Positions 31,611 through 46,019 of a stretch of DNA of 64,000 nucleotides are shown in pieces (position 1 is the stretch's first letter; every line of letters starts with the position of its first letter). The position numbers and the translations under genes were made by a program. The notes beneath the pieces are model-generated. The model saw only the letters and a list, made by a program, of their open reading frames with translations, did not search any database and was not told where the DNA came from. The stretch is from NCBI RefSeq assembly GCF_009914755.1, contig NC_060926.1; one strand, written 5' to 3'. Origin of the DNA: the human T2T-CHM13v2.0 reference genome, Homo sapiens.

Positions 31611-33987
31611 GAGGATCTTTTGATGTTGATCACTGCTTGACTGATCACGGTGGTGATTAGTAAACCATACAGTAAACTGATGTGCTGTCATTTAGGCTTT
31701 GTTCCGTTTATAGAGCACAGGGAGAGTAGATCTAGCATAATTCTCAAGGGCCCTAGGATTTTCAGAATGGTAACTTAGCACTAGCTTCGATTTAGTCACC
31801 AGCTACATTAGCCCCTACCAAGAGTCGGCCTGTTCTTTGAAGCTAGGCATTAACTTCTGTTTAGGTATAAAAGTCCCAGATGACATCTTTTTCCAATAAA
31901 AGCCTGTTCTGTCTATAATGAATCTGTTTCATGCAGCCACCTTCATCAATTATCTTAGCTAAATCTTCTGGATGACTTGCTACAGCTTCTGCATCAGCCC
32001 TTGCTTCTTTGCCTTGCCCTTCTATGTTATAGAAATGGCTTCTTTTCTCAGACCTCATGAACCAACCTCTTCTAGCTTCAAACTCTTCTTCTGCAGCTTC
32101 CTTCACCTCTCTCAGCCCTCATGGCATTGAAGAGAGCTAGTTCTTGCTCTGGATTAGGCTTTGTCTTAAGGGAATGTTGTAGTTGGTGTTTTTTGTGTTT
32201 GTTTGGGTTTTTTTCTTAATATTTTTCAATCTAAACCACTCAAACTTTTTCCATCAAATATAAGACCCTTACATTTTCTTATGATTCTTGTGTTACCTGG
32301 AGTAGCACTTTTAATTTGCTTCAAAGACTTTTCCTTTGTATTCACAACTTGTCTAATTGGTACAAGAGTCTAAGCTTTCAGACTGTCTCAGCATTTGAAA
32401 TGCCTTCCTCACTAAGCTTAATTGTTTTTAGCTTTTGATGTTAAGGGAGAAACATAGGATTCTTCAGCTGAACATTCAGAAGCCATCGTAGGGTTATTAA
32501 ATGGCCTGATTTTAATATGGTTTTGTCTCAGGCAGGAGAGACCCTAGGAAGAGTGAATCAGGGAACAGCGAGTTAATGGAGCAGTCAGAACATACAGTGT
32601 TTATAGATTAATTTTTCCATCTTATATGTGTGTGGTTTATTGCACTCCCAAACAATTATAATAGTAAGATTACAGATCACCGTAACAATTGATGATAATT
32701 TCAAATATTGCAAGAATTACTGAAGTATGAAACAGATACAAAGTGAGCACATTTTGTTGGAAAAATGGCACCAATAGACTTAACACATGGTTGCAACAAA
32801 CCTTCAATTTCTGAAAAACCCGCTGTCTATGAAATACAATACAGCAAATCATAATAAAATGAGGTAGGCTAGTAGTTGGATTTCAAAGGGAAGTACCTAG
32901 AATAAACCATAGTAGGTAAAGGCAAACTCTTCTTGTGTAACCAGAGTAGAATTTTGCAAAGCTCTCTACTCCTGGCCCCAAAGGTTCAGCCCGTGGCTCT
33001 ACTTTCTTTCAACCTGGAGCTGTGTGATAGCTTCCACATACTGAGAACCTGTAAATCATTAGGACATATTTTATGTAATTTATATTAAGATTTAAAACAA
33101 ATGCTCATAACCACTCTTCATTTCAGGTACATTTATCTTCATCTAGGAAACAACTAAGTTAAACAACTTCCCACAAGGTATTTAACCACTGTTTGGAGTT
33201 TAGTTTGGCTGACTTTAAAATCTAAATCCATAATCTGAACTCCATCTAGCACTGTCTCTTAAACCACCTGGATTTCTCTCCTTCAGTAATTAGCACTCCT
33301 GATTTTCTGACATTTGGGAGCTTTGGATGCACATTATGTAGATTCAAACTTGGGTTTAAATCCCAGCTCTACTACTCACTACTCATAGGGAATGATAATA
33401 TTCATCTTCAGAATCATTGCAAATGAAAAGAAATATATGTATGACTCTTCCTCAGTGTCTAGCATATTGTAGCTATTCAATTAATGGTGGCGGTGGTGAT
33501 TTTTGTTTGATATTAAGTAACTTGGCATCACAACCTTTTCCTGGGGTATTCCCTAAATTTATCTGACGTCACCCTACTGTCTCACCAGGAATAGTTTGGG
33601 CAGCTCTTCTAGGCTCTAGAGTTGAGTATGTGGTTTTTTTGTTGTTGTTGTTGTTCTGGTTGTTGTTTTGTTTTTTACCCATGGTGTGTTGAAAAGTGTC
33701 TCCCAAGGACCTTTTGTGGGTAAGAAGTTCATAAGCTAGGAGCCAGACACTTAGAATGTACAAATCATCAAATTATTAGCTACGCCGCTGCTTGGGTGGG
33801 AGGATGTTAGGGATAGGTCAATTTCAACATTTAAACTTATATAGATATTTATAAGCACTATTTATAGAAGTTGTATTTGTTAATAGAGTTAATAGAAGCA
33901 TTTTATTCCAGTCCACTGCAAAAAAAGAAAAAGTTATACTTGTTAAGTATTGATATTACTTCTTTGAGGATTAAGAAAAATACCTTG

Positions 33988-34287
33988 AGTCAGGTGCAGT
34001 GGCTCACACCTGTATTCCCAACACTTGGGGAGGCTGAGGCAGGCAGATCACTTGAGGTCAGGAATTCAAGACCAGCCTGGCCAACATGGTGAAACCCTGT
34101 CTCTACTAAAATACAAAAATTAGCCGGGTGTGTTGGCACATACCTGTAATCCCAGTTACTCAGGATGCTAAGGCAGGAGAATCGCTTGAACCTGGGAGGT
34201 GGAGGTTGCAGTGATCCAAGATCACCACTGCACTCCAGCCTGGGCAACAGTGAGACTCCATCTTAAAATAAAACAACAAAAAAAAAA
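33988..34287 (+). mobile_element. AluS (Sz/Sx-like)
   Basis: Full dimer, gatcacttgaggtcagg, A-rich tail. Confidence 0.95.
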
Positions 34288-34694
34288 CCTGAGGCTGAGA
34301 TTGAAATTATTTAATTAGTTCTTTAGTATACTTAAGTTTGAGCATTTTATTTCTCCTTGTTATGATTGGTCAGCTGAAAGGGCACTGGCATCTCTGAAAG
34401 ATCATATTCCATTCAGCCACTTAAGAAGAAAACCTTGGGTACGTGTCGTAACTATTAGAGCAGAATTTCTCCTTTTTAATCAACCTCATTAATCTTAAGA
34501 GTTTAAATTTCATTATACTTATGGAATAAAACCTTTAAAAAGAAGGTATGTATGTATGTAATAATATACTACATATATATTAGATATAATAGTGATATCC
34601 ATATATACTAGATAAATTATAGAGAAACATACATATGCATATACCTACTATGGAACATGAATCAAATTTGATATATCCATTCTTATTTTATTCC

Positions 34695-34927
34695 ATACAA
34701 GTTAAGATTTTTACATTTCTAAGTTGCTAAAAACATCAAAATAATAGTGCCTTACACATTAAAATTATATAGAATTCAAATGTTACTATCCATAAAATTA
34801 AATTTTATTAGAACATTGCCATGCTTTTATTTATCAATTGTTTATTACCGCTTTTGTTATGACAAAGTCTCACGTCTCATCTAATATGCTCATCTGAACC
34901 TTTATAAGAAGTTTTGCCAATATCTGA
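34695..34927. mobile_element. MER58B-like hAT-Charlie element
   Basis: aaaattatatagaattcaaat...ccataaaattaaattttattagaacattgccatg...cctttataagaagttttgccaatatctg. Confidence 0.65.
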
Positions 34928-35200
34928 TATTAAAAACAAATGCTAATTGTAGCTATTCATTGCTTGCTTGGCTGTTCTTCTGTTCCCCATTGCCCACTGT
35001 TTAGGTTTCTGCCTCTTTCATCCCACTAACCCACACCCACTTTCTTGTGCATGAGTTACACCTCTCTATCTCCTCTCAAGCTATTTTAATTCCAGTTCGA
35101 CTACACTCCTTATCCCATTCACTTTCTTTCAGTAGTCTTCTCAATATGGTGATTACTCCTATCTTTTATGTAAATACTGTTCTCAACTTTTACCTTCCCT

Positions 35201-36315
35201 CATAGCAAAGGAAATAGTCAACAAAATGAAGACACAGCCCACAAATGGGAGAAAATATATGCAATCTGTCCACCTGATGAGGGCTTAATAACTAGAATAT
35301 ATAAGACATTCAGACAACTGAATAGCAAAACACAATAATTTGATTTAAAAAGGGACAAAAACATCTGAATAGACATTTCTGAAAGACATACAAATGGCTA
35401 ACAGGCATATGAAAAAAAATTTCAACATCACATTAGTGGTTACAGAGAAATACAAATCAAAATCATGACAAAAGATCACCCCAGTTAAAATCGCTTTTAT
35501 CAAAAAGATAGGCAATAACAGATGCTGGCGAGGATGTGGAGTAAAGGGAATACTCATATACTGTTGGTGGGAATATAAATTAGTACAAAAACCATGGAGA
35601 AAAGTTTGGAGGCTTCTCAAAAAACTAAAAGTAGATCAACCAGCAATTCCACAATTGGGTATACATACAAAAGAAAATAAATTGATATAGCAAACAGGTA
35701 TTTGCACTCCTATGTTTATTACAGCATTATTCACAGCCAAAATATGTACTCAACCTAAGTGCACATTAATGGATGAATGGATAAAGAAAATGTGGTGTAT
35801 ATACACAGTGGAATATTATTCAGCCATGAAAAATAAAATTCTGTCAATTGCAGTAACATGATTGGATCTGGAGGTTATTACATTAAGTGAAATAAGCCAA
35901 GCACAGAAAAATACCACATTCTTGCTCACACATGAGAACTGAAAAAATAGATCTCATGGAGATAGAGAAGATATTAGGTTAATGCTTATCAGAGACCAGG
36001 AAAGGTAGGGCTGAGGGAAGGGATGAAGAGAGGTTGATTAATGGGTATATAAATATACAATTTGATGGGGGGAATAAAAACTAGTGTTTGATAGATTGTT
36101 ATTAACTAAAGCCATACTAATCTATTATATATTTCAAAATGGCCGAAAGAGAATAATCTGATAGTAGCATAAAGAAAAGATACATTTTTAAAGTGGTGGA
36201 TATTCCAATTATACTGATATGAACTTTAGAAATTATATGAATGTATTAAATTATCACATGTACCCCTAATAAATGTACATATTCTATGTATTAACAAAAT
36301 TATCATTTAAAAAAA
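35201..36315 (+). mobile_element. L1MA-type 5'-truncated LINE-1 (3' end)
   Basis: Decayed ORF2 C-terminus (ctgttggtgggaatataaattagtaca; atggatgaatggataaagaaaatgtgg) followed by an L1MA-like 3'UTR and A tail. Confidence 0.85.
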
Positions 36316-36544
36316 TCAAAAGAGTAGAAAATATCTTATACAACTTTAAAAATACCTTTCTTCAGCACTCCTTCCCTAAAATTTCTTCTCAATAATGGAC
36401 AATTACTTTTATTTCTCCAACTTTTTGAAGAATATTTTACTATACAATAGGCTTTCCAATGACAATTTTACATCATTGTAATTCCCTAAGTATTAGTAAC
36501 ATTTTTCCTGTAGAATCAATACCTGTGACATATACTTTTACTAA

Positions 36545-36740
36545 TGTATTCATCCATTCATTATTTTATCCATCCAAACATTTTATTCATTCCCACAAAT
36601 GTGTATTATTTACATGTCAGACATGAAGGAAGATAAAATATATTTTCTGCCCCTGCAGATCTCACCTTCTGATATGGAACAAATACGTATCCAATCAGAG
36701 CTGAAATGAACAAGAAGTTAGTGAGGGTTATGAGGAACAA
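36545..36740 (-). mobile_element. L2 3' end fragment
   Basis: (cattc)n tail followed by tgtcagacatgaagg...ctgcccctgcagatctcaccttct. Confidence 0.55.
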
Positions 36741-37237
36741 AGATTAAAACTTCTGTATTAGAATTGCCTACCAACCTTTACAACAACCTTTCCACTTTGA
36801 TATTTTATCAATGCTTTTCCTACTATTCATTTTCTAAGCATAATGATCTTAGTTTCTTAAGCTCTTCTACTCCTGTAATTTGATATGCACTTCACTTTAT
36901 GACCTGAAGATGTTCAGAATGATTCTGAAGTTCTTTCTATAACAGTGTCATTAGGTCTGCTATTCCTGCCCTTACTTAAACTGCTCTTGACCCATATTTT
37001 GGTCTCCATTTCTTCCACATGCACTACCAATCCCGATTTGACTTTGCCACTTCTTTTAGCCAAAAACCCCAATTTGTTATATCAAGAGTGTCTTACTAGA
37101 TCATATACTCTAAAAATTTTGGTTTTCATTTGTACTGATATGGCTAAACCTGATCCTTTAGTAACTTACCAATGTTTCCTCTTCTGCCATTTTCTACATT
37201 TGAATGACTGCTGCAGACAATCATAAAAGGGTGTTGA

Positions 37238-37546
<309 letters not shown>

Positions 37547-37773
37547 GGATGTTGAGTTAAACATTTTTGCTGTCTAACATCGCATGGGCTTCAAAGCTAC
37601 GTAATATTTTTAAAGTGGCTAAAGTACTTAAGCTCTCTTCCGGAAGCTCTCAAACCTTCCTTCATTTTATTCACTGACTGCCATAAAGATACAGTCTCTG
37701 ACTTTTACTTTCTTTAAAAATAGAAAGCTTGTACCTCAATTTCACCCCCACACCTTTTTACAATCTAGGCTAC

Positions 37774-37803
37774 ATGTAGTTTTGTTATATGTAGTTTTGT
37801 TAT
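37774..37803. repeat. Perfect 15-bp tandem duplication
   Basis: atgtagttttgttat x2. Confidence 0.92.
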
Positions 37804-39584
37804 AGCCTCCTGGGTCTTTGGCCAAATTGGGAGTCTAATCATTTCTACCAAAAATGGTAGAAGAGAAACCTCTACATCTCTTCCAGATCAGCAGAGATCA
37901 TGAGTTCAGTTTCACACAAAGGTAGCGTATATGTACACACAAGTTCACGCACACATATTAGGCCTCTCTAAGCTATTTTTACATGCCAACACTGGAACTA
38001 TGTCAGTGGTCTTGCCTGACACTGAATTTACTGTTTCATAGCCAAACTCCAAAATAAATATTGACTTTCTATTTTTACTATGATGACCCTTTAGTGCATC
38101 AAACGAGATCCATTTACAACAGTACACAATCTCAAAATTCCCAATTCTCTCAGCTGCATGTCTCATTTTATTTCATCTTATAATTTTCAATTTTTCTAAG
38201 AGCACTAAAGTTCTTCTAACACAAGATTCGTGTCCTCTTCCAATCCCAGCTCCCCACCTCTCAAGTCCTATTTATTTTTTCCCACATTACAACATGGACC
38301 TTATTCCCCTCCAACCCTTTTCATTATTTTTCATTATGTATTCACAGAAAACATTGTTGCCTCCTATTAAATATACATGCCCATAGAAGCTCTGTCAGAG
38401 CATCCTTCTGACCGGATAGATGGGTGTTTTGAAAAATACATTTTAAGAAAGGCCATGGAGAGGGTACCTTAATATCTATTTGATTAGAAGAAAACAAATG
38501 ATTTCCCTGGGCATGTTTCTCACATCCTCTAATCACAAAAGACTATACACTCATTTAAGGTGAGGCTCATACCTTATTTACTTTTGAAAATCCTGCACCA
38601 CCTGACATGTGGCCTGGTTCAAGATAAAAGCTTAAAATGTGTATTCGGTAAGCATTGAACGGGATCCTTGATCCATGTCCTTACTCAAGTCCCTGCTCCT
38701 GTATAATCAGCAAATATTTCCCCTCATCCCTACCTATTTTAACAACCAACATTTACCAAAGTGCATGGCTAGAAGAAATTGTAAGAAAGGAAGGGAAAAG
38801 TGAACGTTAGAGACTGGAGAAGTTAAGTCTCTTCAGAATTCTCTTTTCCCCATGTCTTAGAAATGAGGCCACCTCGTTTGTGCAATTCATTATTCTCAAC
38901 AGTATTCAGAACTTCAGAATTGCATTTATGGAACATAGTAAAGCTTAAGAGAGTAATAGGATAAAAATGGACAGGGTTCTGGCAGAATCTAGATAAAATC
39001 TAAAGAAAACACAAACCATTGGCTTTGTGTCATATTCTATGATATAAAGCTATACAGTAAGTCTAACTTTCTTTTTTCTTCCAGGCACACAAACTTTATT
39101 ATACCTAATATAAGGCAGGTAGGTAAAGTGATAGGAGAGACTACTCAATGTGCAACTGACAGGTGGTGTTCATTGTGCAGACGTGTAAATTGTACCTCTT
39201 AAACATTTCTTAGATATTTTCTCCACTCTGACTATCTTAGTTCAGGCCACTTTCATCCTAAACTATTGTGTCAGATCAGTAACCTAAATATCTACCTACC
39301 TATGCAATTTACTATGCATTTTTCCCTCACATTTTCATGTGATCCCTTTACTAGAATCTTTCACAGACATACTTTTTTTCTACTGGAATAAAAGGCAAAT
39401 AACTTTTAATGGGCATACAGCCCTTCAAAAATGATCCACAAGTTCCTGGCTAATTGTTGAGTGCTTTTCTAAGAAAATTATTTTTCCCCAAAGAAAGGCA
39501 TATAAAAAATGTATCCCTTAGGTTAGAAACCCCAGAAGATTTTGGAATTGAAAGCAAGGAGCTTAGACATTGTTTTATTCTTAC

Positions 39585-40151
39585 TGTCATTTCTTACCTA
39601 ACTCGTCTTGGCGCAGGGGGTCCTTCAGATCATCTTCATATTTGGATATTCACTAGAAGGATGCCCAGGGCTCAGCTTATAGTCATCTTATGGCTAAGAT
39701 TTATTACAGTGACATAAGAATATATAGCCATATAATAAGGGAAAAGACACAGGTTGGGTCTGGATCATGTTGGCTTCCTTGTGTTCTCTCTCTCTCATGA
39801 GGATTTACATGAAGCATACACCTCCAAGCAGCAAATGCAACAACATGGGTATGATCTTTCTACCCAGGGAAACCAAGTACTGACTTACTTTCCAATTACT
39901 CTCCAAAATATGTATTGGAGCTTCGTCATGTAGACACCTTCTAACTTATGTGTACCAAAGTTTCAGACTCTCAGAAGAAAAACAAGAATTCAGGAGAAAT
40001 TACATTGTTTACATGAATAGTCTAAGCACAAGTGAGACAGCTGTTGACTGGGAACATTCCAAGTGTTCTCAGAAGCCAAAGGATCACCTTGCAAGGAGAT
40101 AATTCTAAGAATAGTTATCTCAGACTTGCTTTGTTAACTGTTTTCTATATA
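39585..40151 (-). mobile_element. MER77/MER68-like LTR
   Basis: tcactagaagga...ggctaagatttattacagtga...ccttgcaagg...tctcagacttgctttgttaactgttttctatata (reverse of TGTGCAGAAAAGAGTTAACA...). Confidence 0.7.
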
Positions 40152-40346
40152 CTCTCTGAGTCCTATATCTGAATAAGATGTGTAGAAAAGTGAGAACCTG
40201 AATGCATCAGTCGTGGTGACCTAAAACTCAAGAACCATGAGGCAAGTTGCTGTCCACACTTAATATAGCACAGAAGAGGTGACAGCTGAAAGAAATCAGA
40301 TGGATGAATATAATTTAGTGTAGCTGGTTCTCCATGAAAATAGATA

Positions 40347-40639
40347 AAGTCAGCATCTCTTAATGACAAGGATATATTATAAAAACATTTGTCATTAGGC
40401 AATTTCATCACTGCATGGACATCATAAACTGTACTTGTACAAACCTAGATGGTATAGCCTGTTGCTGTTAGGCCACAAAGCTGTACAGCATGTTGTTGTA
40501 CTGAATACTATAGGCAATTTTAATACAATGATAAATATTTTTGTATCCAAGCATATATAAATGTATAAAAGGTACAGTAAAAATAAGGTATCATAATCTT
40601 AAGGGACCACCTTTGTATACGCTGTGCAGCACACAACTG
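40347..40639. mobile_element. Tigger3a (MER7A) MITE
   Basis: acaaacctagatggtatagcct...tgtacagcatgtt...aaaaggtacagtaaaaata...ataatcttaagggaccacc, recalled Tigger3a core. Confidence 0.85.
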
Positions 40640-41071
40640 TACATGAAAATCTTACACACCTGGCATTGACATGTGACAATTGTGATGGAAAACAGACCAT
40701 AATATGCCTGACAACAGGACGAAGATGCTATAATGTACAGATGTATTTAAGACCATAGTAAGAACCACAGGTTTTGGTGGTTGTTTCCAAACCCTATTTT
40801 AAACATCCAGAAAGATCAGTTACATCTGTGTGTGTCTGGGAACAAATATTATCTATTTCACCCCCAGATACTGATACTTTAATGCCACAATGACACAGTA
40901 AACCTCCTTGTGCATTTAGACTCTATCTTGAAAGTTGACAGGACAGGATGCAGAATAGTGAATGAGCATTTAAAAACAAACTAGATCACCCAAGCCTCTC
41001 TGTTTGCCTGATGTCTGATATGAATAGAAAGAATATTGAATCCAGTAAGAATGCATTCTTGATGAAAGGGA

Positions 41072-41145
41072 ATGTTAAGTGGCCAGTCTAAGTTGCAGTG
41101 CTATCCAGATGTTAAGTGGCCAGTCTAAGTTGCAGTGCTATCCAG
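41072..41145. repeat. Perfect 37-bp tandem duplication
   Basis: atgttaagtggccagtctaagttgcagtgctatccag x2, no mismatches. Confidence 0.97.
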
Positions 41146-42369
41146 AAGGGAAGGTCTGGAAGTTCATAAAGTATTTTATGAGCTTCATTAAATAAAAATT
41201 CTTTACTATCTTGGTGTGCTCTTGTTCTACAGTTCTTTTCAAACTCTCATTACAAATAGTTGAACAATATAATTTTGGTTATATCTCTTTCTATAAACAT
41301 AAAAGTGAGGTGTTATGATAGGGACTCAGGGGGGCAACTTTCATGAAGATTAGTTGATTGGGAAATCCCTCACTGATGAATGATAATTACTTTGAGACTT
41401 GATGACAAAAGAGGGCCTCATAAAGTTCTCCATTCAAAGTGTTCAGGTCTAGGGCACAATTAGTGCAAAATATCCAAATATGAAACAACTTTTTCAAGGT
41501 TGTGGAAATAAAATATGAAAACGACGTATAGTTTCGGTGAAATGTATTGGTGGCAGTAGTGGGATCCGTTTGGCACATGGAATGAACTAAATATGGGACA
41601 GAGAAGGAGAAAAGAAGGGGTCCATGGTGCTTTCCAAATCTCTTCTCTACTTTATATGTTAAAGCTCATTTAAGATGACAATCAAATAATTAAATCTACC
41701 TGGCTAGTTTAAGTACATAAGAAATGTAACCATTTAATAAAATGCTGGTAGCATTACTTTTAATAAAAGAATTGCAAAGCAATGCTGAATTCTTTTATAG
41801 TCAGGATTTTTATTGCTATAAAAATGCTTTTAAGCTTTCAGGTGAAGAGTAGAACAGAACATCTAATGCTTTTTATGTTCTCTTATGTATTCATGTTTGT
41901 CATGGCTAAGGCAGATAAAACAACTGCCTTAGTGAGAATAAGATGTGTATAAACTCAAGGCAGATAGAACAGCCACTTTAGCAAGAATAAGTAGAACTGT
42001 ATAAATTCCACTAGGGTCTGAATTACTGACCACTTTATAAAGTTTATAATAATGAAGGTATAATGAACAGATAACTGAATGAAATATGCTTCCTACTTCA
42101 AGAACATCCTCTTAATTGAGATGCAATATGTAGTGGGCATTGGTGTGCAACAAAATAAAAAAACAAACTTTAACTTATTAAAATCAGGACACATATTTAA
42201 ATTTAAGCCTTTAATCTTGGAATATCTAGGTTCATTTTCTATCAATTTCAGTGTGCTTTGTATATGACTCAGATGACTTGCCCAGTATTTTCAATAAGAT
42301 AACTTAAAACACCCTAACCTGAATCTTTAATTCCATTGTCAACAAAAATAAAATACAAATTATCTGAGA

Positions 42370-45300
42370 TAGGAGGCAGAGCAAGATGGCAGAATAGAAG
42401 TGTTCACCAATCATCCTTCTCACAAGGACACCAATTTAACAACTATCTACACAAGAAAAGCTCCTTCATAAGAACAAAAATCAGGTGAGCACTCATAATA
42501 CTTGGTTTTTAAACTTTGTATCACTGAAAGAGATGCTGAAGAGGTAGAAGAAAATAGTCTGGAACTACTGACAACCCCCCAGTTTGGCCACAAGATAGGG
42601 TACTGGTCAGAGTTGCAAGACCCTCTTTCCAGGCCCTAGCTCCTGGACGGCCTTTTTTAGACATGCCCTGGGCCAGAAGAGAACCTGCTGCCTTGAAAGA
42701 AAGGACCAAGTCCTGGTAGCATTCATTATCTGCTAATTGAGGAGACTTTGGTTCTGGAATAAAGAGCAGTGATACCCAGGTACTATGTTGAGGGCTGTGG
42801 GTGAAATTCTGAGACTTGCTGGCTTTAGGTGAGACTCAGCACATTCCCAGATTTAGTGGCTATGGGGCAAGACTTGTTCCACTTGAGAAAAGCAGAAAGA
42901 AGACTAAAGGGGACTTTGCCTTGCACCTTAGGACCAGAATGGCCACAACAGGATAGAGCACCAACCAGGCTCTTGGGTTCCCTGATTTTAAAACATGGCT
43001 CTTGGATGGCATTTCTGGACATGCTTTCCACCAGAGGGGAGCCCACTGCCCAGGAGGGTGAGTCCCAGGCCAGACAGTATTCACCACAAGTTAACTGAAA
43101 AGCCCTTGGGACTTACGGGAACATTGGTGATAGGCTGGCAATACTCTGTGTGGGTCTGTGGTGGTGGTGGCCATAGAGTGAGCTCCTCTGCCTTTGGAAA
43201 GGAGAAGGAAAAGTGGGAAGGACTGCATCCTGTGGAGTGAGTGCCAGCTCAACCACAGAACAATAGAATACCAGATAGACTTCTAAGCCTTTTGATTCTA
43301 GTCTCTGGCTCCCAGAGAGGACCTCTGGACCCACCCAGCACCTGGGGGTACTCACTGCATGAAAAGGAAGGACACAATTCTGACTGACTTTGCTACCTGC
43401 TGAATGTAGAGCCTCAGAGCCTTGAGCAAAAATAAGCAATAGCCAGGGAGTGTTTACAGCAGGACTTGGGTAAGACCCAGCACTGTACTGACTTCTGGTC
43501 TGACCCAGTGCAGGCATGGTAATGATGGCCATAGGGTTGCTTGTGTCACTCCCCTCCTAGCTTCATATGGTTGAGAACAGAGGGAGAGACTCTTGTGTGT
43601 TTGAAAGAAAATAAGGGAAGAGTACAAGAGTCTTTGCCTGGTAATCTAGAGAATTCTCCTGGATTATGAGTAGAACTATCAAAATAGTACCTGTATGAGT
43701 CTACAAGAACCATAGCATTGCTGGGCTTGGGGTGCCCAGATACAGCTTCGATCACAACATTCAAGTTTTTTTTTTTTTTAATATTTGGAAATTCTTCCCA
43801 AGAAAGATGGGTACAAACAAGCCCAGACAGCAAAGACTAAAATAAATAACTCTTCAATGCTTGGACACAGACAAATATCTGCAAGTATCAAAACATTCCA
43901 GAACAATAAGATCTCACCAAATGAACTAAATAAGACACCAGGGACCAGTTCTAGAGAAAAAGATATGTGACCTTTTAGACAGATAATTCAAAGTATCTAT
44001 TTTGAGGAAACTCAAAGAAATTCAAGATAACACAGAGAAGGTGTTCAGAATTCTATCAAAGAGATTGAAATAATTAAAAAGAAACAAGTAGAAGTTCTTG
44101 AGTTGAAAAATTACAATTGGCATGCTGAAGGAATGCATCAGAGTCTTTTAATATCAGAATTGATTAAGCAGAAGAAAGAATTAGTGAGCCTGAACACAGG
44201 CTATTTGAAAATATGGGGTCAGAAGAGATAAAAGAAAAAATAAACAATGAAATATGCCTATATGATCTAGAAAATATCCCCGAAATGGCAAATCTAAGAG
44301 TTACTGGGTGTAAAGAGGAGGTAGAGGAAGAGATAGGAGTAGAAAGTTTATTTAAAGGGATAATATCAGAGAACTTGTCAAACCTAGAGAAATATATCAA
44401 TATTCTAATACCAGAATGTTATAGAGTACCAAGCATATTTAACCCAAAGAAAGTTACCTCAAGGGATATAATAATCAAATTCCCAAAGATCAAAGATAAA
44501 GAAAGGATCACAGAAGCAGTAAGAAGAAAACAAAAACACACAATGAAACTCCAATACTACTAACATCAGACTTTTCATAGAAGGCTTACAGGCCAGTAGA
44601 GAGTGGCATGACATATTTATCATACTGAAGGAAAAACGTTTTACCCTAGACTAGTGTATCTGGTGAAAATATCCTTCAAGCATGAAAGAGAAATAAAGAC
44701 CTTATCTGACAAACAAAAGCTAAGGGATTTCATCAGCACCACACCTGTCCTACAAGAAATGCTAAAGGGAGTTTTTCAATCTGGAAGGAATGGGTGTTGA
44801 TGAGCAAGAAATCTTACAGTGCAAAACTCATTGGTAATAGGAGACAGAAAAACACAGAATATTAGAACACTGTAACTGTGGTATGTAAACTACTCTTAAC
44901 CTAAGTGGAAAGACTAAATGAGCCAATCAAAAATAATAACTACAATTTTTAAGACATAGTACAATAACAAATAGAAACAATGAAAAGGTAAGAAGTGGGG
45001 GGGGGTGAAGTAAAGGCATAATTTTTTGTTTTCTTTTTGTTGGTTAGGCCAACAGTGTGGTTATCAGACTAAAATAAGGGTTTTAATATAGTATTTGAAT
45101 GTTTCATGGTAACCATAAACCAAATAAAACATAGAGTGGATACACAAAATAAAAAGCGGAAACTAAATCATGTCACTAGAGAAAATCACCTTAACTAAAG
45201 GAAGATAGGAAGGAAAGAAAAATATCAGAAAACAAATAACAAAAATGACAGGAGTAAGTCCTTATCAATGATAACATTAAATGTAAATGTAAATGAACTG

Positions 45301-45410
45301 AACTGTCCAATCAAAAGACATAGAGTGGCTGAGTAGATTTTTTTTAAAAAAGGAACCAATGATCTATTGCCTACAAGAAACATGTTTCACCTATGAAGAC
45401 ATACATACAC
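42370..45410 (+). mobile_element. L1MA2-like LINE-1, 5' part (5'UTR, ORF1, spacer, start of ORF2)
   Basis: 5' end ggaggcagagcaagatggcagaatagaag; ORF1p RRM remnant at 44213-44563 (NLRVTG...ESLFKGIISEN...IIIKFPKIKDKERI); ORF2 start atgacaggagtaagt at 45245. Confidence 0.88.
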
Positions 45411-46019
45411 TGATATGGTTTGGCTGTGTTCCCACCCAAATCTTATCTTGAATTGTAACTCCCACAATTTCCACTTGTGGGAGGAATGTGGTAAGAGCTA
45501 ATTGAATAATGGGGGTAGGTCTTTCCTGTGCTGTTCTCATGAGAGCAAATAAGTCTCACAAGATCTGATGGTTATAGAAATGGGAGTTTCCCTGCATAAA
45601 TTTTCTTTTGTCTGCCATCATTTGAGACATGCCTTTAACCTTCCACCATGACTGTGAGGCCTCCTCAGCCCTTGGAACTATAAGTCCATTAAACCTCTTT
45701 TGTAAATTGCCCAGTCTTGGGTATGTCTTTATCAGCAACATGAAAACAAACTAATACAGTAAATTGGTACCAGTAGAGTGGGGTGCTGCTGAGAAGATAC
45801 CCAAAGTTGTGGAAGCAACCTGGAACTGGGTAACAGGCAGCAGTTGCAACAGTTTGGAGGGCTCAGAAGAAGACATGAAAACGTGGAAAAGTTTGAAACT
45901 TCCTAGAGACTCATTGAATGGCTTTGACTAAAATGCTGATAATGATATGGACAATGAAATCCAGGCAGAGGTGGTCTCAGATGGAGATGAGGAACTTTTT
46001 GGGAACTGGAGCAAAGGTG
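45411..46019 (+). mobile_element. THE1B-like 5' LTR (45411-45758) plus start of THE1 internal region, truncated
   Basis: tgatatggtttggctgtgt...atgaaaacaaactaataca, then gtaaattggtaccagtagagtgggg...ggaactggagcaaaggtg. No 3' LTR present. Confidence 0.92.

Larger units (their letters stand above)
31062..32872 (-). mobile_element. Tigger1 DNA transposon, internally deleted, with nested Alu
   Basis: TA-flanked termini cagacattccttgaagatattgcagg and ataaaatgaggtaggctag; minus-strand ORF 31861-32106 ([20 protein letters not shown]...[12 protein letters not shown]) is a pogo/Tigger transposase remnant. Confidence 0.92.

Noticed and set aside
41072-41145. 37-bp direct repeat as a CRISPR-like unit
   Set aside because: Only two abutting copies, no spacers, no cas genes, eukaryotic context.
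41387-41578. 63-aa ORF in a mildly CpG-retaining stretch
   Set aside because: No recognisable homology or convincing splice context.
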